From Macrostomum lignano (lineage: Eukaryota), in NCBI GenBank assembly GCA_002269645.1, contig NIVC01002503.1:102728-166727 (forward strand): DNA of 64,000 bases, in the 5' to 3' direction. The notes beneath the pieces are model-generated. The model was not told where the DNA came from. It saw only the letters and a list, made by a program, of their open reading frames with translations, and made no database searches. Position 1 is the first letter of the stretch; the number at the start of each line of letters is the position of its first letter. The position numbers were made by a program, and so were the translations under genes. Shown piece after piece: positions 13,701-27,470 of the stretch.

Positions 13701-16484
13701 GCAGCCGCAGCCGCGCAGGATGCAGCAGAAACCGCTGGCCTGCAGAAGCAATCCAAGGAAAACGCAAGCGGCCAGAAGCAGAGCCACCAGACTCAACAGC
13801 AGAGCCAGAGCCACGCTCAAAGACGATTCGATGACTTCCGAGCAGGCCAGAGCCGAGCCCGACTCCACTAGCTGCTGAAATCCCAGACAGGGGAGCAGGC
13901 GCTGCAGAATCCTCTCCCTCATCGGGTCGAGCAGCTGCACCAGCGGCGGCAGGTAGCTGCCTACGGTGGCGTCGTACACCCCGTCAGCAGCGGCCTTCAC
14001 GGATGTCGGACTGCCGAATGCGGCTTTGTAGCCGGCGATGTTCGCGGCCAGCCGCTGGATGGTGCTCGTGGCTGACGGGCCAGTTGCCGTGGCGTTGATG
14101 ACGGCGGTCAGAATTTCTACCCGGCGTTGCAGAAAGCTTAACTTGGACAAAGTTTGACTGCGCAACTCGTTGTTGTAGTGCTTCGCTATGACGGCTTCGG
14201 AAGTGGTCGAGCTGGCGTCGGCGAGTCGGTCGATTGCATCGGTCAGAGCGACGGCGTCGAGTTTCAGAAGCGGCTGGTCCAGCTGGTTGAGCAGGTCGAT
14301 CCGGCTCAGTTCCTCGTCGATTAGGCTGCCCAAAGCTGACACCTCGGCGCTCTCGCCGATGCTGCGAAGATCGGCGGACAGCACAGTCTCTGGTGCCAGG
14401 CCAGCGAGTGCCGCGTGCAGCATATTCTTGCCGTAGTCAAGGTTCTGCTGCACTGTAGGCGAATAAACGAACGCTGTTAAGTTAATAACGTTCATCATTT
14501 GCAGGGCGGTGAACAGGGAGACGCTGCTATTGTCGCACTGAGTGCTCAGTCTGGTGAACAGCTGGTTGGGCCGTTTGCTAAAGTCGAACGGTATGGGCAG
14601 CTGGAGGCTCTTCTCCAGCAGGTTAGTAACACCTGGCCACAGGTGTTGGAGCAGTGCGGAGTCCAGATTGGCGTCTAGGGTTGCTCGACCTTCAGGCGTC
14701 CTTAAGTAGCGACAGAGACGAACGTCGGCCACGCTAGTGGCATAGTAGGCCAGCACTGGAAGGCTGAACGCGAGCGTCGTCACTATGGAGACTGCTAGGA
14801 CGCCGCAAGCGTAAGTTCTCGACGAGCCGCTCAACTGGCGGAAGCTGCCCAAGCAGTGCTGTTGATATTTCCGCAGTTTTGCCCGACGTTCGTCGTAGCG
14901 TCGCAAATCAGCGGCGCTGACCGTCGACACTGGAAAGCCGCCGATGCGCTCGGGCCCAGCGTCCAGGCTGTTGAGGTCCGTCAGTCGCACACTTCTCAGT
15001 CGATGGTCCCGAAGCTCCATGGACATCAGAGAGAGCAGCCAGGATAGGCAGCGAACCAGATCGGTGCCAAGAAGTGCGGCGAACACGTAGAACGGCAACA
15101 AGGCGAGGCTCATGAGCACCACGGCAATGATGAAGTAGGTCCTCGCATCGCGTACAACGGACCAAACCGACTCAGAATCCGCTGTTTGACTCAGGCTTGC
15201 CGTCAGACTGGCACTAGAATTCTTGATTTTGCCAAACTCGTTGGCAATGCCAACGGTCACGGAGTTCAACAGCTTGTTAACCTCGGCATCGATGGTGCGG
15301 AGAGACTGGTTGATGCTGGCGTAGGTTCCCATGAAGTCTGACCGCATCTGAGTGACATTGATGCCTCTCTGCCGCATGAAGGTGATCACCGTCGTGAGGC
15401 TGTCGAACTGCACAAGGCTGGGGCTGACCTGCAGCTTGAGATTTGACAGGCTGGCGAGAATATTCGGACACTCAAAGTAACCCGCGGAGTTGCAGAGCTT
15501 GCTGCAGCTGCTGTTCAGTTCTGAGCGAAGACCGTCCAGTTCCGCTTTGACGCTGGTCAGATCGGCAGCTAAAATTTTCGCCTGAGACTGAATCTTCTCC
15601 ACGGACTCGATCTTTGAGATGAAGGCCTCCAGCTGCACTAGCACAGGCTGCAATTTCAGCAGACCGAACAGTTGCTCAATAATATACCTTGCAAAGCCAT
15701 TGAAGAAGCTCTGTATGACGTAGAAGTTCGCCTGGAATTCGTCAATTAACGTGGCGTTGCTCGACTCGATCAGGTCGTCAATCAGACGATTGACATCGGA
15801 GACGAGCTGGGCGGTGGATGCCCGGAACGTGGCCGTCCTGTTGCTCTCCGTCAGCATCCGGGACTGCAGCTGGTTGCCGCTGTTCCAGAAATCGATGAGC
15901 AGCGCCACAGATACAGCAGCGGTAGCCAGCAGCAGCAGCAGCAGCATCAGCATTGATAGCACCAAGCATCGATGCTGGCTGACCTCGATGTCGCTGTCCG
16001 AGATGCTTGAATCGCACCAGTGCCCGCCAGCGTCTGTTGTGTCTGAGGCGCACGTACTCACCGAGCACCTGTCGCTACTCGACTCGTCGAAGCCCGACAG
16101 ACCGCTAATAGCGTACACGGACACCTCACGGCTGTTAGGTTTGACACGGCCCTCGACCTCCGGATCCTGAGGCCGCTTCATCCGCCGCCGCCGCCGCCGC
16201 CGCCGTCTCCGACGCCTCCACACGCAAGCGCAAAGCAGCGCTGGGGCCAGAATTGCCAGCAGTTGGATGCAGCAGAAGGCGGCAAAGTAGGCCGAGTCCA
16301 GGCGAACCTGGTTGGCAACCAGTTGCGACACTCCGACATCCGCGTTGTCTGGCCAGCTTGTGTCGTTCCGCAGCGTGACATTGGCAAACACAGGCAGCTG
16401 CAGCAGCCGGTGTCGCAGCCACAGCATCAGCTGCTGCAGCAGGCTGTCACTCTCCGGCACCAGCCAGAGGCTCAGTGACGACAT
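13668..16484 (-). CDS. Prominin (CD133)-like pentaspan membrane glycoprotein, 938 aa, single exon
   Basis: Five hydrophobic segments: YFAAFCCIQLLAILAPALLCACVW; LVLSMLMLLLLLLATAAVSVALLI; YFIIAVVLMSLALLPFYVFAALLG; GVLAVSIVTTLAFSLPVLAYYA; LSVALALLLSLVALLLAACVFLGLL. Two large helical loops follow TM2 and TM4, with Cys at prominin-like positions (CSKLCNSAGYFECP, LCRYL, PCLGF...ACSEV) and many N-X-S/T sites. The family call rests on topology only. Confidence 0.68.
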   Translation of the reverse strand: MSSLSLWLVPESDSLLQQLMLWLRHRLLQLPVFANVTLRNDTSWPDNADVGVSQLVANQVRLDSAYFAAFCCIQLLAILAPALLCACVWRRRRRRRRRRRRMKRPQDPEVEGRVKPNSREVSVYAISGLSGFDESSSDRCSVSTCASDTTDAGGHWCDSSISDSDIEVSQHRCLVLSMLMLLLLLLATAAVSVALLIDFWNSGNQLQSRMLTESNRTATFRASTAQLVSDVNRLIDDLIESSNATLIDEFQANFYVIQSFFNGFARYIIEQLFGLLKLQPVLVQLEAFISKIESVEKIQSQAKILAADLTSVKAELDGLRSELNSSCSKLCNSAGYFECPNILASLSNLKLQVSPSLVQFDSLTTVITFMRQRGINVTQMRSDFMGTYASINQSLRTIDAEVNKLLNSVTVGIANEFGKIKNSSASLTASLSQTADSESVWSVVRDARTYFIIAVVLMSLALLPFYVFAALLGTDLVRCLSWLLSLMSMELRDHRLRSVRLTDLNSLDAGPERIGGFPVSTVSAADLRRYDERRAKLRKYQQHCLGSFRQLSGSSRTYACGVLAVSIVTTLAFSLPVLAYYATSVADVRLCRYLRTPEGRATLDANLDSALLQHLWPGVTNLLEKSLQLPIPFDFSKRPNQLFTRLSTQCDNSSVSLFTALQMMNVINLTAFVYSPTVQQNLDYGKNMLHAALAGLAPETVLSADLRSIGESAEVSALGSLIDEELSRIDLLNQLDQPLLKLDAVALTDAIDRLADASSTTSEAVIAKHYNNELRSQTLSKLSFLQRRVEILTAVINATATGPSATSTIQRLAANIAGYKAAFGSPTSVKAAADGVYDATVGSYLPPLVQLLDPMRERILQRLLPCLGFQQLVESGSALACSEVIESSLSVALALLLSLVALLLAACVFLGLLLQASGFCCILRGCGCCCGCNRDCSS

Positions 16485-17379
16485 ACCGTTGGCTTTTGCT
16501 GCCTTCGCTGGTGTAGCTTCGTCGCAACTCTTGGCTCAGTGTCGCTACAGCTGCTAGTCGCCAAACGCGACATCCTTGGGCCGCACCTGACCGGCCGTGA
16601 TTCAATTTATACCCGGAGAGAAGTCGGAGGGGGGAGGCGCAGCGAGAAGGCTTCTTTGGAAACTGAACCTTCTCTTCTTTGACTCTTCAAGAGTGGTTGC
16701 TGGGCGCTGAGTTGCTGAATTGGCCGGAGGTAAAAAAAAATAAATCCCCTGACAGGCAGGAAGCGGAGAGCAGGGACCGAGAAGGCAGCCAAATAGGGTT
16801 GTCAATGACAACAGACGCAGCGCTTATAAAGAAGGAAGAGGTAGTAGAAGGCTTGGGGGGGAGGCAGAAATGAGCAATAAGGCGTACTACGATGTGAGTA
16901 CAGTTGAGAGCAGCTCAACCTTTCTACAATAGTTGGGTAAAGGCGAATTTCTCTCTTGCCCAATTGGGGATCGAGAGATAGGCAGTGGGGTAAGGAAGGG
17001 AGTTGTTGGCCTTAAATGCGTGAGTCAGAGTCACCGCTCACACCTAAGCTTTCACAAGTCTGCCCACCAACCGAGGGGATATCTGGGCCAACGCCAGTTC
17101 CCATTGGGTAGCTGCGGTACGCCATTATTACACTTCGTACTGGCTGCACAATGCAATGGCTCAGCGTTCAGCTGGCGAATGAATGCCACGAGAGGGGACT
17201 GCAGCGCCTCAATAGACGCATTGATCCTCAGTTGCTAGGGGGAGTAGGGTGGTAGGGCGGATATGCGGCTCTTGAGGGCATTGAAACGGCGCGTGACTTG
17301 GAATCGCTGAAAATATTTATTTACCTTGAGGATATCGGGCGCTGTGGAAGCTCTGTCGTCTTCTGGATAGAACAGAACA

Positions 17380-18205
<826 letters not shown>

Positions 18206-18314
18206 AAAAAAGACTTAGCTAATTGCTTCTTCCCAACTTTGTTGACTGAAAGAAAAACTTTTGGATAGGAAATTTTTGCTTTTTAAAATATTTTTTGGAT
18301 GCAATAGATACTTA

Positions 18315-19097
<783 letters not shown>

Positions 19098-19639
19098 TTA
19101 CAAACACAACACTGCCAATTTATCCGAGCTAATAAATAGCTAATAAAACACCTATGAGGCTATAAGTATCACAGTAATATAAGTCTCAATGCAATCCATC
19201 GCTTGTAATCGAGCCATTAAAAGTCCAAAGCAAAAAAATAATAAATTAAGTCTAGAGTGTACTCGGGCTGGCCAGTCGACAGAGCGAGAAGAGGACAGAC
19301 AGGCAGACAGGCAGTGTGGAAGAGGTGGGGAGGCTAGATGAGATTTTCCCCTAGCCTAATTTCGTCTCCAAGGCTATGCCTAGCAGAGCTGGTTTGGGTC
19401 TCCTGAGGAAGTCAAGAGAGAGAGCGGGAAGGGAAAGTCCCCGTCTTGTCCTGTTTCTTCTCTCTATATCGAGGTGAAAGACGAGGACCAGGCTTTAACC
19501 TGGCTGTGGGAGAGCTCTCGATAGATTGCTCGGCAAGTAGGCCATGAGTATATGTAGTAGATAATTATGTCAGGGTGTTTTCGGGTAGGTTAGTACTCGT
19601 ATGTGTTTCTAAGCCCTGATCCCTCGGGTGGGGAGAAGC

Positions 19640-20235
19640 AGAGAGGCAGCGGGGGAAGAGAGGTGAGGGAAGGGGGAGGTGAGATAGGCGGAGGAGAGGT
19701 GAGAGAGGGGGAGGAGAGGTGAGAGAGGGAGAGAGCAGAGGAGTGGTGAGGGAGGGCGAGGGGGAGAGGTTTGAGAGGGAGAGGAGGGGTGAGAGAGGGG
19801 GAGGAGAGGTGAGAGAGGGGGAGGAGAGGTGAGAGAGGGAGAGGAGAGGTGAGAGAGGGAGGAGAGGTGAGAGAGGGAGAGGAGAGGTGAGAGAGGGGGA
19901 GGAGAGGTGAGAGAGGGAGAGGAGAGGTGAGAGAGGGGGAGGAGAGGTGAGAGAGGGGGAGGAGAGGTGAGAGAGGGGGGCGAGAGGTGAGAGAGGGGGG
20001 GAGAGGTGAGAGAGGGGGAGGAGAGGTGAGAGACCGGGAGGAGAGGTGAGAGAGGGGGAGGAGAGGTGAGAGAGGGGGAGGAGAGGTGAGAGACCGGGAG
20101 GAGAGGTGAGAGAGGGGGAGGAGAGGTGAGAGAGGGGGAGGAGAGGTAAGAGATCGGGAGGAGAGGTAAGAGATCGGGAGGAGAGGTGAGAGAGGGGGAG
20201 GAGAGGTGAGAGAGGGAGGAAAGGTGAGAGAGGAA
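19640..20235. repeat. GA-rich 20-bp minisatellite (GAGAGGGGGAGGAGAGGTGA)n
   Basis: Direct inspection. Confidence 0.9.
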
Positions 20236-20809
20236 ACAGAGAAGTGAAGGCAAGGTTGGTAGTAAGCCATGTACCTATTAGTTTCACCCGTCTATTGGGG
20301 AGCACTCACAGGTTGGAAAAGTGTGCAGATTTGCGATTGCTAGAATTTCGAGTTTGATGCTGATCGGGGCTTGTTTTAAGCAGAAAGTTAATTTTTCACC
20401 CCGACTCTACTCTGTCTGCTTTTCTTTCTCTTCCTTCTCTGCTTGACAGGGCTGAAAACCGAAGGACTTGTCCTGCTGAAGTGCTCTCTGATGGAGGACA
20501 TGGGGCAGAGCAAACATTGAGGCCAGGCAATCATGGCGGGAGGGGAATAAAAAGACGGATTCGGTCGCGCATTCGAGGAAATGAATGCGAGGCGAAGAAA
20601 GAGAGATCGCCGTGCTTGAGGGCCTGGTCGGAAGTTGAATGATTGATCGGACAAGGCCGGCCGGCCTCTGTTGACTCTCCGTGGGGGAACTTGAAAGCTG
20701 ACTCGTCTGAGCTTTCGGCTCGATGAGATGTACACTGAGGGATAAAAGACAAACACTAACACAGAGACACGGACAGTCACTAAGACTAGACACTAAGAAA
20801 TCAGGACAG

Positions 20810-21425
20810 ACACTAGGACAGACACTGGGACAGACACTGGGACAGACACTGGGGCAGACACTGGGACAGACACTGGGACAGACACTGGGACAGACACTGG
20901 GACAGACACTGGGACAAACACTGGGACAGAAACAGGGACAAACACTGGGACAGATACAGGGACAGACACAGGGACAGACACTGGGACAGACACAGGGACA
21001 GACACTGGGACAGACACTGGGACAGACACTGGGACAGACACTGGGACAGACACTGGGACAAACACTAGGACAGATACTGGGACAGACACTGGGACAGACA
21101 ATGGGACAGACACTGGGACAGACACTGGGACAGACACTGGGACAGACACTGGGACAGATACAGGGACAGACACAGGGACAGACACTGGGACAGACACTGG
21201 GACAGACACTGGGACAGACACTAGGACAGACACTGGGACAGACACTGGGACAGACAATGGGACAGACACTGGGACAGACACTGGGACAGACACTGGGACA
21301 GACACTGGGTCAGACACAGGGACAGACACAGGGACAGACACTGGGACAGACAATGGGACAGACACTGGGACAGACACTGGGACAGACACTGGGTCAGACA
21401 CAGGGACAGATACAGGGACAGACTC
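20810..21425 (+). repeat. 12-bp minisatellite (GGGACAGACACT)n
   Basis: Direct inspection. Confidence 0.93.
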
Positions 21426-22029
21426 TAAGGCACAGGTGGACAGGCAGGCAGGCAAAAATGCGGACTCTAATTAGCCTTAATGGCACTCAGGCAGGCAGTC
21501 TCGGACCGCAAGCTCCCCCGCAGAGAAGGTCACTTTCATTTTTTAGAAAGGACGCCAGGCTTCCAGCCGGCTAATTAGTGGATCGAAGCAGCTGAGCAAT
21601 TACGGCCGTAGGACGGGGTGGGGAGGGGGCGAGGTCCAGCTGCGCGGGACTAGGACTCAAGTTTCTTGTCAGAGCTGCTGAGTAGGTTTGGGAGATGGCG
21701 CTTGGCTAATTGAGTCGGCCTCCTGACTGCCAAATTCACCCAAACGGTGCAGAGCGCGCTGATTTAAATATCGATTGACGCGCAGTCAGGGCAGGTGAGA
21801 AAGGTTTGACGCGAGAGAGCTGATGAGGAGGGAGAAAATCAATTTAATTGGAAATTGGCGTGGCAATTTTTGCAGCTGCTCCGCCTTCAGTTTTTGGCCG
21901 GCTAGCCAGCGCCCCAGTAACAGATTTATGGCGCTTCGCTGGCCATTTGAGAGGCTAATGGAAAATTCTTAGTATAAGCTTAGCTATTGTAATTATACAC
22001 ATTTCAGGCTGTTATTGTTGCTGCATTGT

Positions 22030-22625
22030 TAGTGTCTGCGTCACAGCGTTTGTCTGAGTGTCTGTCCCAGTGTCTGTCCCAGTGTCTGTCCCTGTGTCTG
22101 TCCCAGTGTCTGTCCCAGTGTCTGTCCCTGTATCTGTCCCAGTGTTTGTCCCTGTTTCTGTCCCAGTGTTTGTCCCAGTGTCTGTCCCAGTGTCTGTCCC
22201 AGTGTCTGTCTTAGTGTCTGTCCCAATGCCTGTCCTACTGTCTGTCCCAGTGTCTGTCCCAGTGTCTGTCCCTGTGTCTGTCCCAGTGTCTGTCCCAGTG
22301 TCTGTCCCTGTGTCTGTCCCAGTGTCTGTCCCAGTGTCTGTCCCAGTGTCTGTCCCAGTGTCTGTCTTAGTGTCTGTCCCAATGCCTGTCTTAGTGTCTG
22401 TCCCAATGCCTGTCCTACTGTCTGTCCCAGTGTTTGTCCCAGTGTCTGTCCCTGTGTCTGTCCCAGTGTCTGTCCCAGTGTCTGTCCCTGTATCTGTCCC
22501 AGTGTTTGTCCCTGTTTCTGTCCCAGTGTTTGTCCCAGTGTCTGTCCCAGAGTCTGTCCCAGTGTCTGTCCCAGTGTCTGTCCCAGTGTCTGTCCCAGTG
22601 TCAGAGTCTTTCCCCATGTCTGTCC
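22030..22625 (-). repeat. Same 12-bp minisatellite in inverted orientation (AGTGTCTGTCCC)n
   Basis: Reverse complement of the 20810-21425 unit, with shared variant units. Confidence 0.93.
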
Positions 22626-24944
22626 CTGTGGCCGCCACAGAGTCTGCCCTATTGTCTTGGCATCGGCTTTGGTGTCTGTCTTACTGCCTCTCCTAAGAAT
22701 CTAAGAATCGAGCTTTTCCCTTAATTGTCATTACGCAAACGCGCTGAAGACTGAAAGACCTCAGACATGCCAAATTATCATACGTAAGTTTCAGTCACTT
22801 GACTACAAGCGATGGTTAGTAGTATCGTTGACTGCATGTGTAATGCGATGAGGCGCCACATAGTAGCTTTACTAAAGAGAACTTTTCACCAAAAAGATAT
22901 GCATGGCTAAAAGTCCAAACACCCCCAAAGCGACTCAATATTGTATACTTCCATTCCATGCTGTAGGCTATTCAAAGCTACGAAGTATATGCATTTTGCA
23001 TGCACAGGCTTGTATATGTTGCTTAGAATCAGTTGAAAATGGTCTTTCCGAATGTAGCTATAAGAATCGATCCCATGTATTTAAAAGGTGCGCGGTAGGC
23101 TGGGGGCTTCATTTTTTCTTACAGTATCGATATATTCAAAAGTAGACTGCATTTGACCTGTCTAGCTCAATATTTCACACAATTGCTCTATTCGCTTTAT
23201 GCATATATTAGTGTCGATTTCAATTGATAGTTTTACACTATACTATACTTGTGGTACGAAATTTTAGCGCCAAATGGAGCTTATATTTTAGCGCCACATA
23301 AAGCCTAAATTTAGCGCCAAATGAAGCCAGAATCAGTTGTGCTACTTTGCTAAATTATAAATCTAATTACAATAGTCTAGCTACCGGAAACTTTTTTGGA
23401 TACCGAACAAATTATATGATCATATTATGGAAGGTAGAAATAGTCAATTTCACTTGATCCAACTACAGTCACCTTCAGTCGTTAGTAAGGATATGCAGGA
23501 CAACAAAGGATGCAGCTGACGGCGCCTCCCTCATCACCATCTCGGACTAATTGAAAGCGAGAGGCGTAGCTGAGATGCACCGGCGTCGCTATAGCTGGAT
23601 TCCTTGTCTGCATTTTTCAGCCCAACTTGAGTCGGTAATTAATTAACTAATTGAAGCTGACGGGAGAGTTTGGCTCACTGAAGTAACGCGTACTATTCAC
23701 CTAAGACCTAAATTGTGATCAGAAACCGCTTGACTTTAACACTACTGACTCTAGCAGCCTCAGTAGTATGAAGTGAAAAGCTATAATTTTATCTTATTTT
23801 GGACGAGATACTAGAGAATGTCGATTAAAACCAATAAATAAGCTGATCAAACGAAACGAAACAATGTCAGTAGAATACACTCACTGCATATTCAGGTTTA
23901 GAAATTCAAACATATTATTTATTAAACAGATATAATTAAATATAGCACTTGAATATTCCTGCACACAAATACAATCCCAGTCATGCACACACACTCGCTC
24001 ATATCCAATGCTTCAGACACACATAAATAGCAAGAGTAAAATAGCTGATAAACCTGATAAAGTATCCATAGATAATATATGATTGTATAAACACGTATTG
24101 TGTAACAAAACAAAAGAGTTGCAAGTTTCGAGTCATAAATGATGATTATATAAAACCTCGAATTAAAAAAACAAATTTCACAAGAGGATCACCTTACGAG
24201 AACTGTTCCTCGTGAATCGGCTGTTTAAAGCTATTTCCAAAACCCCCAGAGGGGGGCTAAAACCGCTAGTCACATATACTAAAAAAACTTCCTCCAAATA
24301 AACGAATCAATCTAGCCGAACTTTTTCTTTTTGTAAATAAACAGAGTGAGGATTTTAAATAAAGCAGCCACCGGAATGAGACCAACTGCAATAATCATAA
24401 CCTGTCCAGGCAGCCTTCATGAAAGAGATAAACTAGAATATTGGGAAATATCTGTGATCATGTGCGAACGCTTGTGATCCTGTTGGATCCTGCGTTAACT
24501 CGGTTCCATTCTAGAGCCTTGCGAGTCGAAGTGAGAGATCTGAATAAACCAATAACAAGTTTTAGAAAAAAGCAGTCTTGCAACATCGTCACAAAATAAG
24601 ACTGACTCTTGGGCACATATACGCACTCATACCCACGATCAGACAGGGTGTACAGCGGCCCTGACTTTCTAATCATCAGGCATGTACACTCTCTGTGTCT
24701 TGGGGGCTCCCCTGGCTAATTTTTATGCGCACAAGCCCCAAATGAATGTAAATCAAACCAGGGGTCCTGTGGCGCTAAAGTCAGACGCGTTTACTATGGG
24801 ATCTGCTCCCATGGGACCTGGTCTGAGGTGTTTGGAATCCACTATCCGGGTTATCCCGGCTATCAATATTGCAGTCGGTTGCAGTCCAGTGGCGCTGAAG
24901 CTGACATCCACTTAGAGAAATGAGAGTCCCCGGGGAAGCATCGA

Positions 24945-25562
24945 TCAGTAAATGAACGAGAAGTCGCGGTACCGATAATCCCACTTGCCCTGCTTCACCA
25001 GGGCAGCCCGGGTTTTGGCGTACTGCTCGGACGTGAAATTCGGATGAATATCGAAGCTCATCACCACCCGGGGCATTGTGGTGTGGAAAAATGTGAACCG
25101 ATTGGTGCGGCGCATGCGCGGCGGCAGCGGCTTCACGGTGGGCTCGGGAACCGTCACGGAGAACGGCTTCCGCTCCGGAACCAGGTGGTGCCTGAGGGTT
25201 GGGAGCGATCAGGGAATGTAATTGATATGTCAAAGTAGCGTGATGATAAACTTTGACGCAGAACAATGCTAAAAAATGCTAACTATCACTTAAACTACCT
25301 AGAAAATCAAAAAATAAATTTTGAGATTTGAGATTTATCGAAATAATAAAAACAGCAAAAAGCAACATCATCATTATCAACAACAACAATAACAACAATA
25401 TCATCAACAAAGACAACATCATCATCAACATTAACATTAGCAACAACATTTACAACAACAACATAACAAATACATTAACAACAACATTAACAACAACATA
25501 AACAACATCAGCATCACTCCTGGGAGCCGTCGACTGGCGGCCCCTGTGAGATGCTCACCGCA

Positions 25563-25593
<31 letters not shown>

Positions 25594-26691
25594 TCAAAAT
25601 CAACAACATCAACATCATCAAAATCAACAACATCAACAACAACATAATCATCATCAACAACAGCAACAACACCATCAACAACGACAACATCAACAACAAC
25701 ATCAACAACAATAAAAACAGCATCAACAAAATAACTAACAAAAAGCAGCGAACAACAAGGAGCGCTCGGGATAAAATCTTACTGAACTTCAGGGAATTCC
25801 ACTATCTCAGGGATTATACTGACTGGAATCGAATGTGTACGAATTTGAAAAGCACATCAACTCCAATAGTTAACTTGAACAAAGATTGCATAGAATCGCT
25901 CACTTGATGCCAAACGGATCTCCGGGCACCTCCATACGCCAGCCGTGCACAGCCAGAGCCCGATCGTAGGCTTCAGACAGCTGCCGGATGCCGCCGCCGC
26001 CGCTGCTGCCAGATTTCGCCGATTTCGCTCGCTCCGCAGGCAGGAGTCGGTGGCCTTGAATCTGCAGGCCACCAGAAGCAGCCATCGCTGACGCTGACGC
26101 CGCCGAAGCCACTCGTCCCGGGGCAGTTTTTGGTCGATAGAATCGAGCAGCCGAAGATGATGCTGGGGGAGGCGGCGGAGGTGGTGGTGGTGGTGGCACT
26201 GGCTGCTGCAGCTGTTGAGTCGGGGCGCAGGCCGCTTCTTTGAAATCGACGACAGTCAGAGGCGTCGGAGTCGTCAGTTGAACTGGCTGCGGCGACGGCG
26301 GCTCTCCGAGTTCCGCTGTCGTTGGCATAGCAACAACTTCGTTGTTGTCGGCGTTGCTGACGTCGACACCTCGTGTACTTTTAGTCGCCGAAGCGGCCCT
26401 AGTGGCACTGCCAGATCTGTTTGACGGCGCGGTGACGGGTCGGGAGCGGCGCGGAGTGGACAGATCCGGCTCAGGGTAGATGGGCCTCCAGCCTGGCTCG
26501 GGCTCTCGCGGGGGCGCCGGCATCTGCTGATGTCGGTGACGCGGTGGCCATCTGGCGTAGGCAGTTGCCGGGCGTCGAGAAGTTGATCGCGACTGCTGCT
26601 GCTCATGAGAAGGTTGAACCGGTGGAGGCGGCGGGGGCGGCAGTGGCTGCTGAACTCGTTGGAGAAACTCCGTCGAATCGTCTGTTTTCAT
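24945..26691 (-). CDS. Two-exon hypothetical protein, 344 aa; Pro/Ala-rich N-terminus and a compact C-terminal domain
   Basis: Exon 26691-25904 ends AA|GTGAG. Exon 25191-24945 follows CCCTCAG|G. The phases join in frame (…DPFGIK-HHLVPERKPFSVTVPEP…FDIHPNFTSEQY…*). Further upstream exons are not excluded. Confidence 0.7.
25355..25745. repeat. (AAC/ATC)n low-complexity tract inside the intron
   Basis: Direct inspection. Confidence 0.85.
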
Positions 26692-26809
26692 GTGCGATCG
26701 ATGAGTAATTTTTTGTTGAAAATCAGCTTTTATTTTAATAGCAGATGTCGAGGATCTGTCCTTCCCTTCCCATTTTCTGTCATTAATACAATGAGCTCTT
26801 GCTCACACT

Positions 26810-27470
26810 CTGGTTTGTCCCTCACACCCTATGGTCTGTCCCTCACACCCTATGGTCTGTCCCTCACACTCGATGGTCTGTCCCTCACACTCGATGGTCT
26901 GTCCCTCACACTCGATGGTCTGTCCCTCACACTCGATGGTCTGTCCCTCACACTCGATGGTCTGTCCCTCACACTCGATGGTCTGTCCCTCACACTCGAT
27001 GGTCTGTCCCTCACACTCTATGGTCTGTCCCTCACACTCGATGGTCTGTCCCTCACACTCGATGGTCTGTCCCTCACACTCGATGGCCTGTCCCTCACAC
27101 TCGATGGCCTGTCCCTCACACTCGATGGCCTGTCCCTCACACTCGATGGTCTGTCCCTCACACTCGATGGTCTGTCCCTCACACCCTATGGTCTGTCCCT
27201 CACACTCTATGGTCTGTCCCTCACACTCGATGGTCTGTCCCTCACACTCGATGGCCTGTCCCTCACACCCTATGGTTTGTCCCTCACACTATGGTCTGTC
27301 CCTCACACTCGATGGCCTGTCCCTCACACCCTATGGTTTGTCCCTCACACTATGGTCTGTCCCTCACACTCTATGGTCTGTCCCTCACACCCTATGGTCT
27401 GTCCCTCACACTCGATGGTCTGTCCCTCACACTCGATGGTCTGTCCCTCACACTCGATGGGCTGTCCCTT
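26810..27470. repeat. 21-bp minisatellite (CTCGATGGTCTGTCCCTCACA)n
   Basis: Direct inspection. Confidence 0.93.

Noticed and set aside
20388-20793. GC-rich island with a minus-strand acceptor (CCCTCAG|) and ORFs in all three frames
   Set aside because: No recognisable protein and no convincing partner exons. It may be UTR or an unassigned exon.
25515-25560. GC island inside the (AAC)n intron as a micro-exon
   Set aside because: The donor is weak and the 26-nt length would break the frame.
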